Shown: positions 12,615-25,034 of the stretch, in pieces
Layout of the letters: every line of letters begins with the position of its first letter
Position numbering within the stretch: the stretch's first letter is position 1
NCBI GenBank assembly: GCA_040954595.2
Contig: CM082593.2
Coordinates: 652,759-716,758 of the forward strand
Reading direction: 5' to 3'
Origin: Balanoglossus misakiensis
Taxonomy: Eukaryota > Animalia > Hemichordata
DNA length: 64,000 nt
Position numbers and translations under genes: made by a program
Notes under the pieces: model-generated
What the model saw: only the letters and a program-made list of their open reading frames with translations
What the model was told of the DNA's origin: nothing
Databases searched by the model: none

Positions 12615-15600
12615 GAACAACGACAACAATGCTGTTGATACGCAAACGGAAGCGAAAGATGCAGAAAGTACGGATCCTGCGCCAAATAAAGCGATTGCAC
12701 AAACAACAAAACAAACACAGCAAGGCGAATGGCCAGCTCCAGTGTTTGCCAAAAAAAATTCTCCACCAAAAAAGCGACGAGGTAAGTAGATTTCCACCTT
12801 CCCACTTAGTTACATCATCGAGTAGGCGTGTCCCTTATCGCTGGTGTTTTGGTCATCAGCTGTTGCGTTAGCCACCTTTAGTTGGAATATTGCCTGGGGG
12901 AGAGATCTCATATAGTGTGAGAAAAAGCCCTTTTAATACGGGCCCTGGAAAATGTTTGAATACAGCAGATCCATATTTTATGTAAACAGGAAGTGATTGT
13001 AAAACTGGGATTAATTGAAAATGAATGGGAAATCAGTCATATTTTAGCGTTATCTTGCTATATGATTAGGCTGTACTTTTCCTCCGTATTCTGATCTAGC
13101 TGGTACACATGCTACTCCAACTGTACGTCTTACATCGTGCTTTTTGTATCAGTGTTCTAGATATTTTCTGGCTAAATGGCACTACTTAGCATGAAGACAA
13201 TCACGATAGTTGCCTGAGAGGGCGCACTTTTACTTGTTAGTTTCCTTTGAGGACATTGATTTCCATGGCAACCATTCCTTCATTTTTAAAGACTGTGATA
13301 TTAAAAGCTTAAGTTTAAAAGTAGGAGGATAACTTTAAAATATACAATGAAAATACTTATCAAAGCTTGCCATTGTTTTCAAAGAACAGTGTTATGTTGC
13401 AAGAAAAGTCACTGTTCCATTCTTTGTTGCCATGGCTGGAATTATTGATAGCTGGAAGTTAGCCTTCATGCAGTGACTGCTTGGAGAGAATCACATGCTT
13501 GACATTTTTACAGCAGTATGTCGATGATCAGGTTTCATCCATGGACATTTTAAAAATAGCCAAGTTCCTGTTTCTTCATCGGTATGTTGTGTTTGGTATT
13601 CAAACTGTTGGGCAAGCTCTCTCTGTCTCTGTCTGACAGTACAGTTAGGGGAGACCAAGCTGTCAGCAAATATGGCTACCACTACCAGTAGCGATGCAAC
13701 ATCACAAACAGAACCATCTTTTCAAGGTAAATACCATCCACTTTGTTGGTTTCTCTGTTGCCATGGATACATGACAATGAAGTTGGATGATGACATGGAA
13801 CAAGAAATAATCTACCTGTAGTCATCAGTAAGAGACAACAAGCAAGACTCACCAATCTGATGTTTGTTTCTTGATCGAGTTGTTTTCTGGTTTCTTCATA
13901 GAGTTCATTTAATCAGCTTCTCACTAGAAAACATATGTGGTTAAATGTTACTTGTTAGTGAATGGTTTCTCTTTTTTAAAGCCTTTAAAATAAATAACAA
14001 TTAGTTTTCGTACCTTAAAAAATTATCACTAAAAAAGTAATCATTTTCTAGATGTATATTCATAAAGCAACTTGGCAGATTATCCTCATACATTTTCTAT
14101 ATCTTTGACACTTTTCAACCCCTCAGTGATGAGTCCACACCCCTGTTTTGAATGGTTCCAACCTTAACTGCCTTAACCATGGCAACCAAAGAGACATTAT
14201 TTACTGAGTGTCCTATAATTTATTCTGTGAATCGATAGAACAATTTCAAGTGAGAGGGGCACCTTTTAGTTAAATTCTTAAAAATATGATTGTCTTCATT
14301 TAGATTTCAGTATGTTTTCTGTTTTGTGCCACAAAATATAGAGCAGTTTTCGCAGCTGCATGAGTGATGAATGTCGACTTGCAAGGTTAGCATTACTATG
14401 CAAAAGAGAGCGAAAGAGGCCATATCAGGTGAATACTGACAAATTTGATGAAATGCTGATTTTCCTCGTAAAATGCAAAGCCAAGTTATTGACCATGCAG
14501 GGATCAGGTGATCATGTAATTTACATATTAAATGCCAGATGTAGATTTCCCGTAAGACTGCGAGGAGAAGGCGTGTCCTTCCATTCCCAGTTTCACTTCA
14601 TATTCAATGATCATACAATAATGAATGGCGACTCATACATCTTGGCTCAGCAAATTACAGTTTCATATGTAAATTTATGTCCACGGAAGTCAGGAGGCTG
14701 GTTTCTCTCCAGCAAGCTGATCTGAGGAGGAATTTGATAAACGGATCACGTTTGTTTCACTACATATTCTAATATGGGTAACTCAGGAAAACCTGGCTAA
14801 TGCTGGGAATCTGTCTACTCCTGGTCATCTTCATTTTCATCTTCCTGACCGCGGGTGCCATCAATTTCGCGTCAAAATTACTGCACCTTCGCATCAGCTT
14901 CTGGGAGTACACTGGAAGAGAGATCTCCCGCGATTTTGTCAGTGACAGAGAGCTTGAAAACCTGGAGCGTGGAGATTTTCCAGATCTTGACAGCACCTTG
15001 AGACAATATGGCCGAAGAAACTATTTATCTGTGTAATTTTCGAGTGTCTGTGGACGGGGAATGGCTTTGTCTGAGAGAACTCAACGACGTTTCCATGACA
15101 CCAAAACTACAGTCTCCTGAAGAAGAGGGTAGATATTATCGTTTTTTGTCTGCAATTAATAAATACCTGTAATTTCTCTTCGTAGTGGCAAAGCCTTAGC
15201 CATATGGTGAGCTACATGTTGCAGCTGCATAAATAATTGTCTGATGCAATCTTACAAGAATAATGAAAATTTTATAACACATATGTAGTAAATTATTTTT
15301 CTAATGATTTTTCATGTCACATTGAGTATTCTTTGGTTTGGATATAACTTACAATCTTATTTTAAATTCTGTATGCATCTGAAAAATTATATATGCAAGT
15401 CTAAAAAAATAATATTCTGATTAATATTTGTCCAAATTTCTGAGAAACTCACTCAAAGAGTCCTGTTGGGATCAAAGGTCAAGTTGTGAGAACCTCATAG
15501 ATGTACACTTGAACATATTCTCAGACAGTACTGTCATATGTGTTTAATAAGTCTGCACTCATAGACTTGGCCTGTTTGTAAGGGTCCTTCTCAAATGTCT

Positions 15601-18600
15601 ACAGTCAAACTGAACCGGGTTTTAACTGAAGCAGAATATATGATCCATGAAATTTTATTCGGAGGTGTCATTACACATCTTGTCATGTTGCAGGTATATT
15701 GTCAGTTATTTTGACACTAATGTAATTGTACCATGCAGTTGAAATTTTAAATCTCAGTATTATATTTAAAAATATATTACCCAGTGTGTGTGCTGCCATT
15801 TTATTATCTAATATTTTATATCAACCTCCTAAAACCCCTGAGGTATATTAATTTCCTTTTAGTTTCACGCTGTTTTACTTGTGCTAATTGTTTTTAAAGG
15901 AATTATTACTCTGTTGAATGGAGAGGCACGATTCGCGAGTTCCTGTTCAATGAATTTCACTCCCACAAATTAACTCTGTTCAAACACAAGACAATTACAT
16001 CACCACCAACAAATGTAATCGCAGAAATAATGGCATTATGGCCGAAATATGCAATTGTCTGAATTGAGAAGTGGAGCAGCATGTCAACCAGACAGTCATG
16101 TGACCTTTCTAGAGATTAGAGGCCTCTAAGAGGTTTAGTCACATGATCTCATTCTCTGTTACTAGTGTTAGCCACAAAAGGGTTTTCCTCGTTCTATATT
16201 TTCAGTGAGTAATTAATACTACATTCATTTCACCTTTATTGGCCAGATTATTACAAATTCTGTTCATATTTCTATTCATTTTTTCCAGTGTCTCATCACA
16301 TAAATTTTAATTTGTTTATCTGCAAAAATCTATTCAAAAAATTGATATATGTATATAATGAAATTAAGAGGGGAAAAATTCACTGACTGAGTGTATAGGA
16401 CAGTGACAGGAATTAAACTTTGGAAGAATTCACAGAAACTGACATTTCAAGTGATGAATCTTGCATGAGAAATTGATCTCCATCTTTGATGATATTGCTG
16501 TATTCAGTGCACCATCAGTAAATTTACACAGAGATTCTCACCTGCGGACCTCATTTTCTTCGTGTACATAAATATTTTATTTGTACATCAGTCATTGCTT
16601 GATTTTATTCATCCTGTTGAAAGAAATGAAAACTAAGATGTGGAAAGGTATTATGACCTTTTTGAGCAGTAAAAGCAATTTAGTAATATCTGCAGCTACA
16701 ATAGAAATGAAATTATTATCTTGTGGATTGCTTTCAACCTTTTCTCTGTTATATGTCATATGTCTCTCATTACATCTGTTTGTACTCTGTGTGTTGAATT
16801 TCAGATCCCAGTCTTGTTGAGAGAACCAACCTCCTCAACATGTCCAAACTTTGCATCAAAGGTTTGATAGAATCAGCGTTGGAGGAAGGCAGAACACTCG
16901 ACAGCGACCATCAACCTTTGCAGCAGTTCTTTGCACTCATGGAGCATGTCATGGCACATGGCCTCAAAGGTTGGTGTCACAGTTCAAATGTCATGGGTCA
17001 GAGATTTCATTGATAACAAGACATGCAGAACACATGCAGTTAACAGCTATATATCAAATGTCAAATCATTATTCATTTCAAAGGAACAAACCCTGGAGAC
17101 TTCATCATTTTGATGACAAGACATCTGGCAGTGGTTGCCATAGTAATGAGTGACCTTTCATCCCATCAGTCAATAACTATTGATTGATTGAATGGGTTTT
17201 CTTGATTACTGTGTTGCAAGTCAATTACAGCAGCATATTATAATTCTATAATTTGTAAATTCCCTAATCTACGGTACATGTATTCGTACACTTCCTCATC
17301 TATGTACATGTATTATCTTGTCTCTATCCATGGTTTTATCTTGCAGGAAAAAAGTCATTTCTTGAGAAAAAGAAGGATTTCTGGGGACCCCTGGAATCTT
17401 TGGAGAGAATTCTGCCTGAATCGACCGAAATTATTGACAGTGTCAAGAATTTACCAGGCATCAAGTAAGGGATAATTCTGCCAGATTTCTCTGAATATTC
17501 ATGAAATATTAATTTTATTAAAAGATAATGTACTCTTGATACCTGCTACCACAAAATGAAGTAAATATTTTATGAGACGGTATTAGCTCTGTGGAATATT
17601 AAAACAATTGCACAACATTCTTATCTGAAGATTTAATCACTTGTTTCTTGGATTCCACAGGACCAATCTAGGTAGAGGTCGAGCATTTGTTAGACTTGCT
17701 CTGATGCAGAAAAAATTAGCAGACTACTTTAAAGCACTCATTGAAAGGAAAGATATTCTGGGGTAAGTGGTCTGGAAATCATCATGAAATCATGGAAAAA
17801 TGACAGCTTGATATTTTCATGTTTGCTGACATGACTAGAAATGACTAATCACATTTTCTATGTCTCTTGCAGTGATTATTACGAATCTAATGCCTTAATG
17901 TTAGAAGAAGAGGCAGCTGTCATTGCTGGGTTGTTAGTGGGTTTAAACTGTATAGACTGTAATCTATTTATTAAGGAGGAGGACCTTGACAACCAAATTC
18001 CTGTCATTGACTTTAGTATGTACTTTAAGGAGGGTAACTATCTGGAGAAACCAGGCAAAGCTGCAGGGTAAGTACATTACGTGATAATGTCCTTGAAGGA
18101 TTTTACAGCAAAAATGAGGTTAAAAGGGATTAAACAAGTTTGCCTCTCAGAAGCTATTTTTACAAGAAACTGTTCAAAAATCAGGAAAATAACTCAGTGG
18201 TGATTTTGTGTTGACAGGGACCCTTCTTCCAGTGCTGCTAATATCACTGCCTTGTTAGATCAGAAAAACTATGTAGAAGAACTGAATAGACACTTGGATA
18301 CAACAGTGACCACTTTACAAGGCAGGGTTAGGGATTTGGAAGCTGCTAATAGAAATATGAAAGAAGAGGTAAGACAAAATTGAGAAATTAAATTAACACT
18401 GGGATTTCCCTCAATCAAGAGCCATTACTCAGACATTTCACAGTTGATGCAATTGTTTTGTGGTACAATCCAATATGGCCACCACTCAGCCATTTTGTTT
18501 CTCATGTCTCATGTCCAGAACCATCACAATCATGTTCTTGCTCACATCACAATAATTTTGTCAATATTTCTCTTATTTCTCAGTTTGCTGCTGCCAAGAA

Positions 18601-21510
18601 TGACATCATAGCATTACAGACAGTCAATGAAGTTCTGAAGACAGATAACGCTTCATTGAGATCCAGTCTGGAAAAGAAATTAGAAGTGAGTGTTTCAGAC
18701 CAAGAAGTTAATGTCACATATCTCAGTGTCAACAATGCTTTAAGTTTAGTTTATTAAAAAAACAACCCTCGTTTTTCAGATTGCCAAGGCTGATATAGAT
18801 GTGGAACGTGAAACATATCAAACATCCAGAAAAGGATTAAATGAGCTCTATGAAGAAACCAGAAAACAACTCGATCAAGAAACAGATATCAGATTGGTGA
18901 GTCTTGCTTGTTGTCTCTTACTGATGACTACAGGTTTCACACAACTACCGGTACTCCTTGCCAGCTGATTGGAGAAATGTCAAGATTTCATGCTGGCTCC
19001 AGACTCTCAAGTTCTCTTTCACATTTCTGATACTCTTGGATGACTCAGTATTAATCGAAACATTCTGGAATTTTTATTTTCCCCACAGGACGTCGAGAAA
19101 GAACTGGAATTGCAAATTTCCATGAAACAAGAGATTGAGATGGCAATGAGGCTTCTGGAAAAAGACATCCACGAAAAACAAGACACAGTTGTGTCATTGA
19201 GAAAACAATTAGAAGATATTAAATCCATTAACATTGATCTTTATAATAAAATGCAGGTGTGTATAAATTATCGAGCTCTCATTTGATGAATCTAAGTAAA
19301 GTGGTGGGACCTGCAGCAAGTACAAATATTTTGTCATCTACTTTGTTTTTGCAGCAATTTGACGGCTCTTTGAAACACAAGATCGAACTTGTTTCAAAAC
19401 TTGAAGAGAAAACAAAACAGATGAGTGCTACAATGAAAGAATTAGAAGAAAGGTAAAGTGATTGAACTCTTCTGTGTGTGTGTGTGTGTGTGAAAATTGG
19501 AATAATATGAATTTGTGAGCCAGATTCTGATCACAGTAAGTGTATTTGAATGTTGTGAACAAGTTCAATTAGTTTGATGTTTGTGCTTACAAAGCTTTCC
19601 AACACAAAGCTAGGGAGCTTTTTTGTAATGCGGTCCAATGATGTTGTGAAATGCTCCCCTAACTGTGTGTAGGTTAAGTAATTGAAATCTTTGGGGTGAA
19701 AGGGTAGAATCTTGTCTGAATTTTCAAAGTCAAACAACTGTGTGCACATTTAATTAATTTTGTTGATGTTGTAGTGCTGTATTGTGAAGATGTAGGTAAC
19801 CCCTTCCTTCATTCCCCATTTATTTACTTTTCCCCCCACATCAATATACCCAATTTACCAATTTTTTTATCCATTTTGATGTTATATTTCCATATTTATC
19901 CAATTATTTATGTTAATTTTTTATTTTATCATAGCAACTTATAGTTTGCAGATTCAGATTTCTTTTATTTTTAACACACCAAAAATTAGTGATTTGGGTA
20001 AAGCCAAAATCCTGAATGATGCAAAATAATCATCACTGCACCCTTTCACCCCTAAAATCTAAAATGGTTTAGTCTGTGCTTTGGAATAGACAGAACATTT
20101 TGGAATATTAGGGGGTCAGAAGGTCTTGAAAATGGAAAATTTAAGTTTGATCATATTTAAAGTTATGAGATGAACAAAATAATTTTCTAACTTTTATTTT
20201 TCTCTTTTCTTTATTTTTATCATACTTTCTTTTGATTATTTCCTGTGTGCAACCATTTTGGTGTTGTGTTTGTCTGGTATTTTTTGTCCATTTGTGCGTG
20301 TGTTGTACGGGTGTGTGTTTGCACATGTGGGTACATGTGTATGTGTGTATCAACGTAGATTGAAAAAAAGTGAAAAAGATCGCTTAGCTGCTGAAGAAAT
20401 GGTCAGGAAATTGGGTCAACAGCTTGTGGAAAAGGACGCTAGGCGGTAAGTCTCTTGCCAAGAAAGACAGAAGTCAAAAATGATCAGAAAATCCTCCCTT
20501 CTGTTTGTTGCTATCTGTGTGCTTTCAGGAATTACCATTTCAGGAATTACCTATTTGCCAATGTTGATTTTATTGCAGTTTGTGACTGTGCTTTCACAAA
20601 CGGTGAAAGGGGGTGTAGTTAAGTATCTTGAACACACACACAGGGTACATAATTGTTTTTGTTTTTTTTTATGTGCAGGGCAGCAGTGGAAACTGATTTG
20701 AAAATCGAAAAAGAATGGCGAAGTACCCTGCAGGCAGACTTGACAAAGGAGAAAGACCAGCTGCAACAAGTACAGACAGAACTTCAACAAATGTCAGAGT
20801 TGAAGAAATCTTTCTCAGGTCTGCAACAAGAACATCTGCAACTGCAGAAAACGTGTGAAGATCAAGAATTAACTCTAGCTGACATGGGAAATAAATTAAG
20901 CGAGTAGGTCTCACTGTTATCATCAGAACTCAGTAATGTCTGGTTATTTTTGTTGCTTTTGCTTTTGCTGAGTCTAGCTCCCTCACAACAGCCATCATGA
21001 ATTTGAATTCAAAGGGAGGCTAATGGGGAGAAAAAAATGTATTGAATCATGTATTTATTGTGTGACAGATCTCGACTGAAGATGGATGACTTGTATGAAC
21101 AGCAGCAGTACTTGAAAGAAAAAACCTGGGCAGACGATAAAGAAACCACCAATTGTAAACAGTGTACCAAACCATTCTCTGTGGCCAGGAGAAAGGTGAT
21201 TATTATGATGTGATGTCATCAATTTGCATATCTGTTTTGCAATCCAATATGGTCGCCAGGCAGCCATATTGTTAAGAATAAACTTATTTCATTCAAACTC
21301 AGTTCAAGTAAAGACTAATGTTCATTGTTGTGTACATATTTCTGACGTGTACTTCTCCTTTTTCAGCATCACTGTCGACACTGTGGCGATATATTCTGCA
21401 ACACTTGCTCTGACAACACAATGCCTTTGGCATCTTCAGCCAAACCAGTTCGTGTCTGCGACAACTGCCATACCATCTTGCTTCAAAGGTTCTCCGCTTC
21501 AAAAAGTTAA
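12607..21510 (+). CDS. RUFY2: RUN and FYVE domain-containing protein (RUFY1/2/3 pro-orthologue)
   Basis: First exon 12607-12781 (phase 1). Common exons 16805-16969 ([25 protein letters not shown]), 17347-17464, 17661-17762 ([16 protein letters not shown]), 17873-18067, 18218-18368, 18584-18685, 18780-18896, 19089-19256, 19355-19452, 20359-20445, 20679-20903, 21069-21195, 21367-21510. RUN domain, coiled coils, and FYVE domain (WADD...RRKHHCRHCG...RVC). Confidence 0.95.
13672..13726 (+). CDS. Putative alternative first coding exon of RUFY ([18 protein letters not shown])
   Basis: ATG in good context (AATATGG), ends CAAG|GTAAAT in phase 1, compatible with the acceptor at 16805. Confidence 0.55.
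14800..15036 (+). CDS. Candidate 78-aa single-TM or signal-anchor microprotein overlapping the RUFY3-like start codon out of frame
   Basis: [81 protein letters not shown]. It has a hydrophobic N-terminus and a charged tail, and its GC content is visibly higher than the flanking intron. No homology recognised. Confidence 0.4.
   Translation: MLGICLLLVIFIFIFLTAGAINFASKLLHLRISFWEYTGREISRDFVSDRELENLERGDFPDLDSTLRQYGRRNYLSV
15008..15128 (+). CDS. RUFY3: Alternative first coding exon of RUFY homologous to the N-terminus of vertebrate RUFY3 (RIPX/singar1)
   Basis: Encodes [32 protein letters not shown]..., matching the RUFY3 motif [30 protein letters not shown] as I recall it. Ends G|GTAGAT in phase 1, with an in-frame TGA just upstream at 14999. 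Confidence 0.85.
19473..19492. repeat. (TG)n microsatellite in a RUFY intron
   Basis: Run of about 10 TG units, ~20 nt downstream of the donor at 19452. Confidence 0.9.
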
Positions 21511-24198
21511 ATCACCAAAAAGATATTCACAAAGTAGCTGTCGTAACTAATTTAATTTACAGTGTTCAAACAGTGAAGTCACTGTGTTGTGGATTTGCCC
21601 GTCGTATCAAGTCTGTGTTAATCTTGTCCCGAAGATAGAATGATGGCCGTCGGTGTTTTCCTTATTTGGAAATGAACATTTGCATATCAATGGTGCTTTG
21701 ACTTACTTCCCTGATTGGACGGTTGTGAACTTTGAACTGTCAACTGTGAGTAACAATGGCTATGAAAATATTATCACAGACAGAAATAACTGAGAGTGAC
21801 TGACAGGTCTATGAACAAAGGAAACTATTCTGAAATACTTTGCCTTGTTGAAATGTACAGTAATTAATTATATTTTCTCCAAGAAATGTTTGCCTGCCAA
21901 TTTATGCTAAAGTTTTTAAAGTAGTTTACAAGTGTCAACTTGGTCATCATTGCATAGTTTTGGTTGTCCAGCTATATGTGATAAATTTGTGACATTCCAG
22001 ATATATAAAAGTGGAAAATGCTTTGACAAAAATATCTTTATTGTGCATCCAGAGTGAACATAGCCATTGCTACTTAGTTTAGTGCCTGTATCATAGATAT
22101 CCATAGAGTTGACAATGTCATGTTATGTTTCACATGTTAGGCAAGGAAGGTTGTCGTCTGATTTTTGGTTTTAGTATTTTTAAGTTAAGATTCTCTGGAA
22201 AACATGATATTAAGTTGTGTAGGTTGGATGACTTTTGACCTTGATGAAAGAATGTCTTGTTCATGTGCAAGTTAAAAAGCCATGGGAACTGACACTATGA
22301 AAGGTTTTATAATTTTTAATTCACAAATGATTTATGTTGTGAAGACAAGGATGTATGTATCTTCACTCAAAATGATGAAATTTGTTGACTATCATGGTGT
22401 AAGCTATCAACTTATATTCAGTTTATGTTACCCATCTCATCCCACATATAAGTACATGTATTTCATTCTATGTATATTATGTAGCTGTGCAATTAAAAAT
22501 ATATATATTTTGGAAGGTGGCTATAAATATATACATATATATGAGGGGCTAGCTTTAGAAATAAGTTGACTGTGCGCCATCATGTGACTGGAAATTGCAA
22601 CTCGTTCATTTTAGATTTTAGTAATGCATGTGGTTACCGCTGGGGGCGGTAGACTGGGTTGAATTTCCGATGGAATATCTATTGGGACAAGTCATGTATA
22701 GTGTACAATTCTGAAATGTAAGTTCTGGAATGCTTCTGTGAATTCTTGCCTAAATGATTAAACAGTAAATGTGGTACTAAAGTCTGTGTGCGAGAAATTA
22801 TTTGGAAAGGCACCTGGAAGTGTCACCAAACCAAATGCTGCTATTTCAAATCGATTTAGGGAAAACAACAAAAAACTAATTAATACATAGAACAAACAGC
22901 ATAGATTTGATGGAGTAATTCATAATGGACGAGGGAATTGATGTTTCATATCTGTCGACGGCCCTGTCACTGAAAATACCACGACCGACAAACTTTGACG
23001 TCCCTTGTACGTGGTGTTGTTTGAGTGGCTTGGGTTGGGTCATTACCGTCTTCCGTAGTAATCGCGTCGGATCCATTGGAATGTGCACGTGTTCTGATTT
23101 TGTTCACTTGGTAAACACTTGAAAGTGTACTTAATTTTTCGTCAAAGCTCCCACAACGCTGTTCCCACCTTCCAGATTCTTAAAGACGGTTCATATGTGC
23201 AGTGTCCATTGTGGGTGCCATTGTCACCAGCCTCTGTCTGTATCCACAACTAACAAAAGTCTAAACACCCAGAGAGACCCTTCGCCTTCATTTTTTCGAA
23301 TGCGTGTCGCGGAAAATTACCATTGTGGCGGAAGTAATGAAGTGAGGAGCTGGTGGGATGGGTTTTAGAGGCGCTAATTAGCGCGTTATGTGTGGTAAGT
23401 CGGTTGAATTGAAGAAGGGCACGGTGCGAGATGATGGTACTCGAAAACAGCAAGGTACAAAGAGTAGCTCACGAATTCAAAGATTGGCCATAGAACCAGT
23501 TTAGCGCAGGTGTAGGCTCTCCACGGTTGAAATGAACAAGTCGTGTCCAATACAACATCGATTTCTCACGCCCATCTGAATGAGTTGAGGGAGTTGAGCA
23601 CCGCGATTTCTGAAATTCTAGTCCACTTTGAAGTGAATGAGGGTTCTGAATGTTTGTCTGATTTGGCACGAGGCCAACTCAAGTCACGATATGAAGCCGT
23701 GATACCGGAACAAACTGATCAAGTTGAAAATTGGCCAAAACTGACGGCAACTTTGTGCATATAACCCTACAATTCAGGTTTATGCTGTATTCCGGATCAA
23801 AGTGGTCCGGATGGTAAAATTCAAATAGATAGACATGGAACACAAATATATTCTTCATTTCCAGTCCAGACAGAGCTCATGTTGAAGTAATGGCATTATG
23901 ATTATGCCAAAAGATGCAGCTTGTGGGCCTTAATATGCATAATAGAAAGTGACGTCACATTGTTGGACCGCATGCGTGTACCATGGTTGTTTTCCAGAAT
24001 TGTCAAAAGGTCGGCGTGCGTATTAACCTCAAAAAAGTCATTTCAGGTCACGGAAAAAACATCTTTTCATGTCGAATCGACAGGTATGTTGAATTGGTAC
24101 ATCAACCGGTCATCGAGTCGTTTACTGTCAACGTGGTTTACCTAAACCGGCGGGGTAATGAATGCCGATAGTGGGATCTGTCAGTCACCGGTCCGCTC

Positions 24199-24213
24199 GG
24201 CGCCAGCCAGCCG
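24199..24213 (+). promoter_or_regulatory. BMP-Smad activating element (AE), GGCGCCA-N4-GNCV, upstream of Pinhead
   Basis: GGCGCCA GCCA GCCG matches the Drosophila dad AE consensus exactly and lies ~90 bp upstream of a TATAAAG. Confidence 0.6.
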
Positions 24214-24304
24214 TGGTTTTGGGGGTTTCCACAATAAACCGTGGTGAAGTGATAAAAGAAGCAATAAGAATGCAGTGAAAATGAAGGGAGGGCTGTGGTT
24301 CATC

Positions 24305-24311
24305 TATAAAG
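24305..24311 (+). promoter_or_regulatory. Candidate TATA box of Pinhead
   Basis: TATAAAG downstream of the Smad element and upstream of the Pinhead coding exons. The TSS is not verified. Confidence 0.45.
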
Positions 24312-25034
24312 ACGTCAATAAATGCGAGACAAATTGCTCTTGAAAGAGCGTATTATGAAATCGGCGGGAAATTGAAACGAAGACCCGCCTCCTCAATTAG
24401 GACCATGTAAGATCATCAAGACCTGGCACTCTCTTCACCGATGGTTCTCTAAAAACACTATTGATTCACTGACGAGAAAATTGGGCGGAAAATGGTGGAG
24501 GAATGTTTTCAAACTAATAACGACGAATACAGCGCGCTAGAGAAAAGCATCCTGACAGCAAACGGCTTTTGGAAATGCTGTGAGCTAACAAGATGCGTGT
24601 TTGGCCCGCAGGCTGTGTTTACCACTGGATTCGTGCAAGTCCATAAACCATTGATTGGGAGAGAATAAGGTCTAGACACCATGTCTGCACCCAAGTATAA
24701 AAAGCACATAATTATCGCTTATTTTACCTTCTGCCAATTTGACTATGATTTTCGGCTTGGCTGCGCTAACTTTCCAGAAAGACTATCGACGCAAGTATGG
24801 AGTGCTGGAGGAATATTTTGCTGCGTTGGATTCTCGTGTGCGGACTCATTCTGACAAAAACTTCTGGTACACACATCTTGACGAGAACGCGTCATATCAT
24901 TATCTATTCGTTTTTAAACAGGTGTTTTTCTCCGCGAAGTGGAACGGGTTATCAATATTGAGTGCCCTCTCATTGTTTCATCATGATGTGCACGAACTCC
25001 TACCCTCCATATTCGCCTGACGAGATACTGATGC

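Noticed and set aside
14179-14238. ATG GCA ACC AAA (MATK), identical to the human RUFY2 start
   Set aside because: No phase-1 GT donor follows and the frame stops after 19 codons. The sequence is also an RFX half-site (CCATGGCAAC).
14360-14725. 121-aa ORF in the RUFY 5' intron
   Set aside because: No homology recognised, and its best donor (CAG|GTGAAT) is phase 0, incompatible with the common RUFY acceptor.
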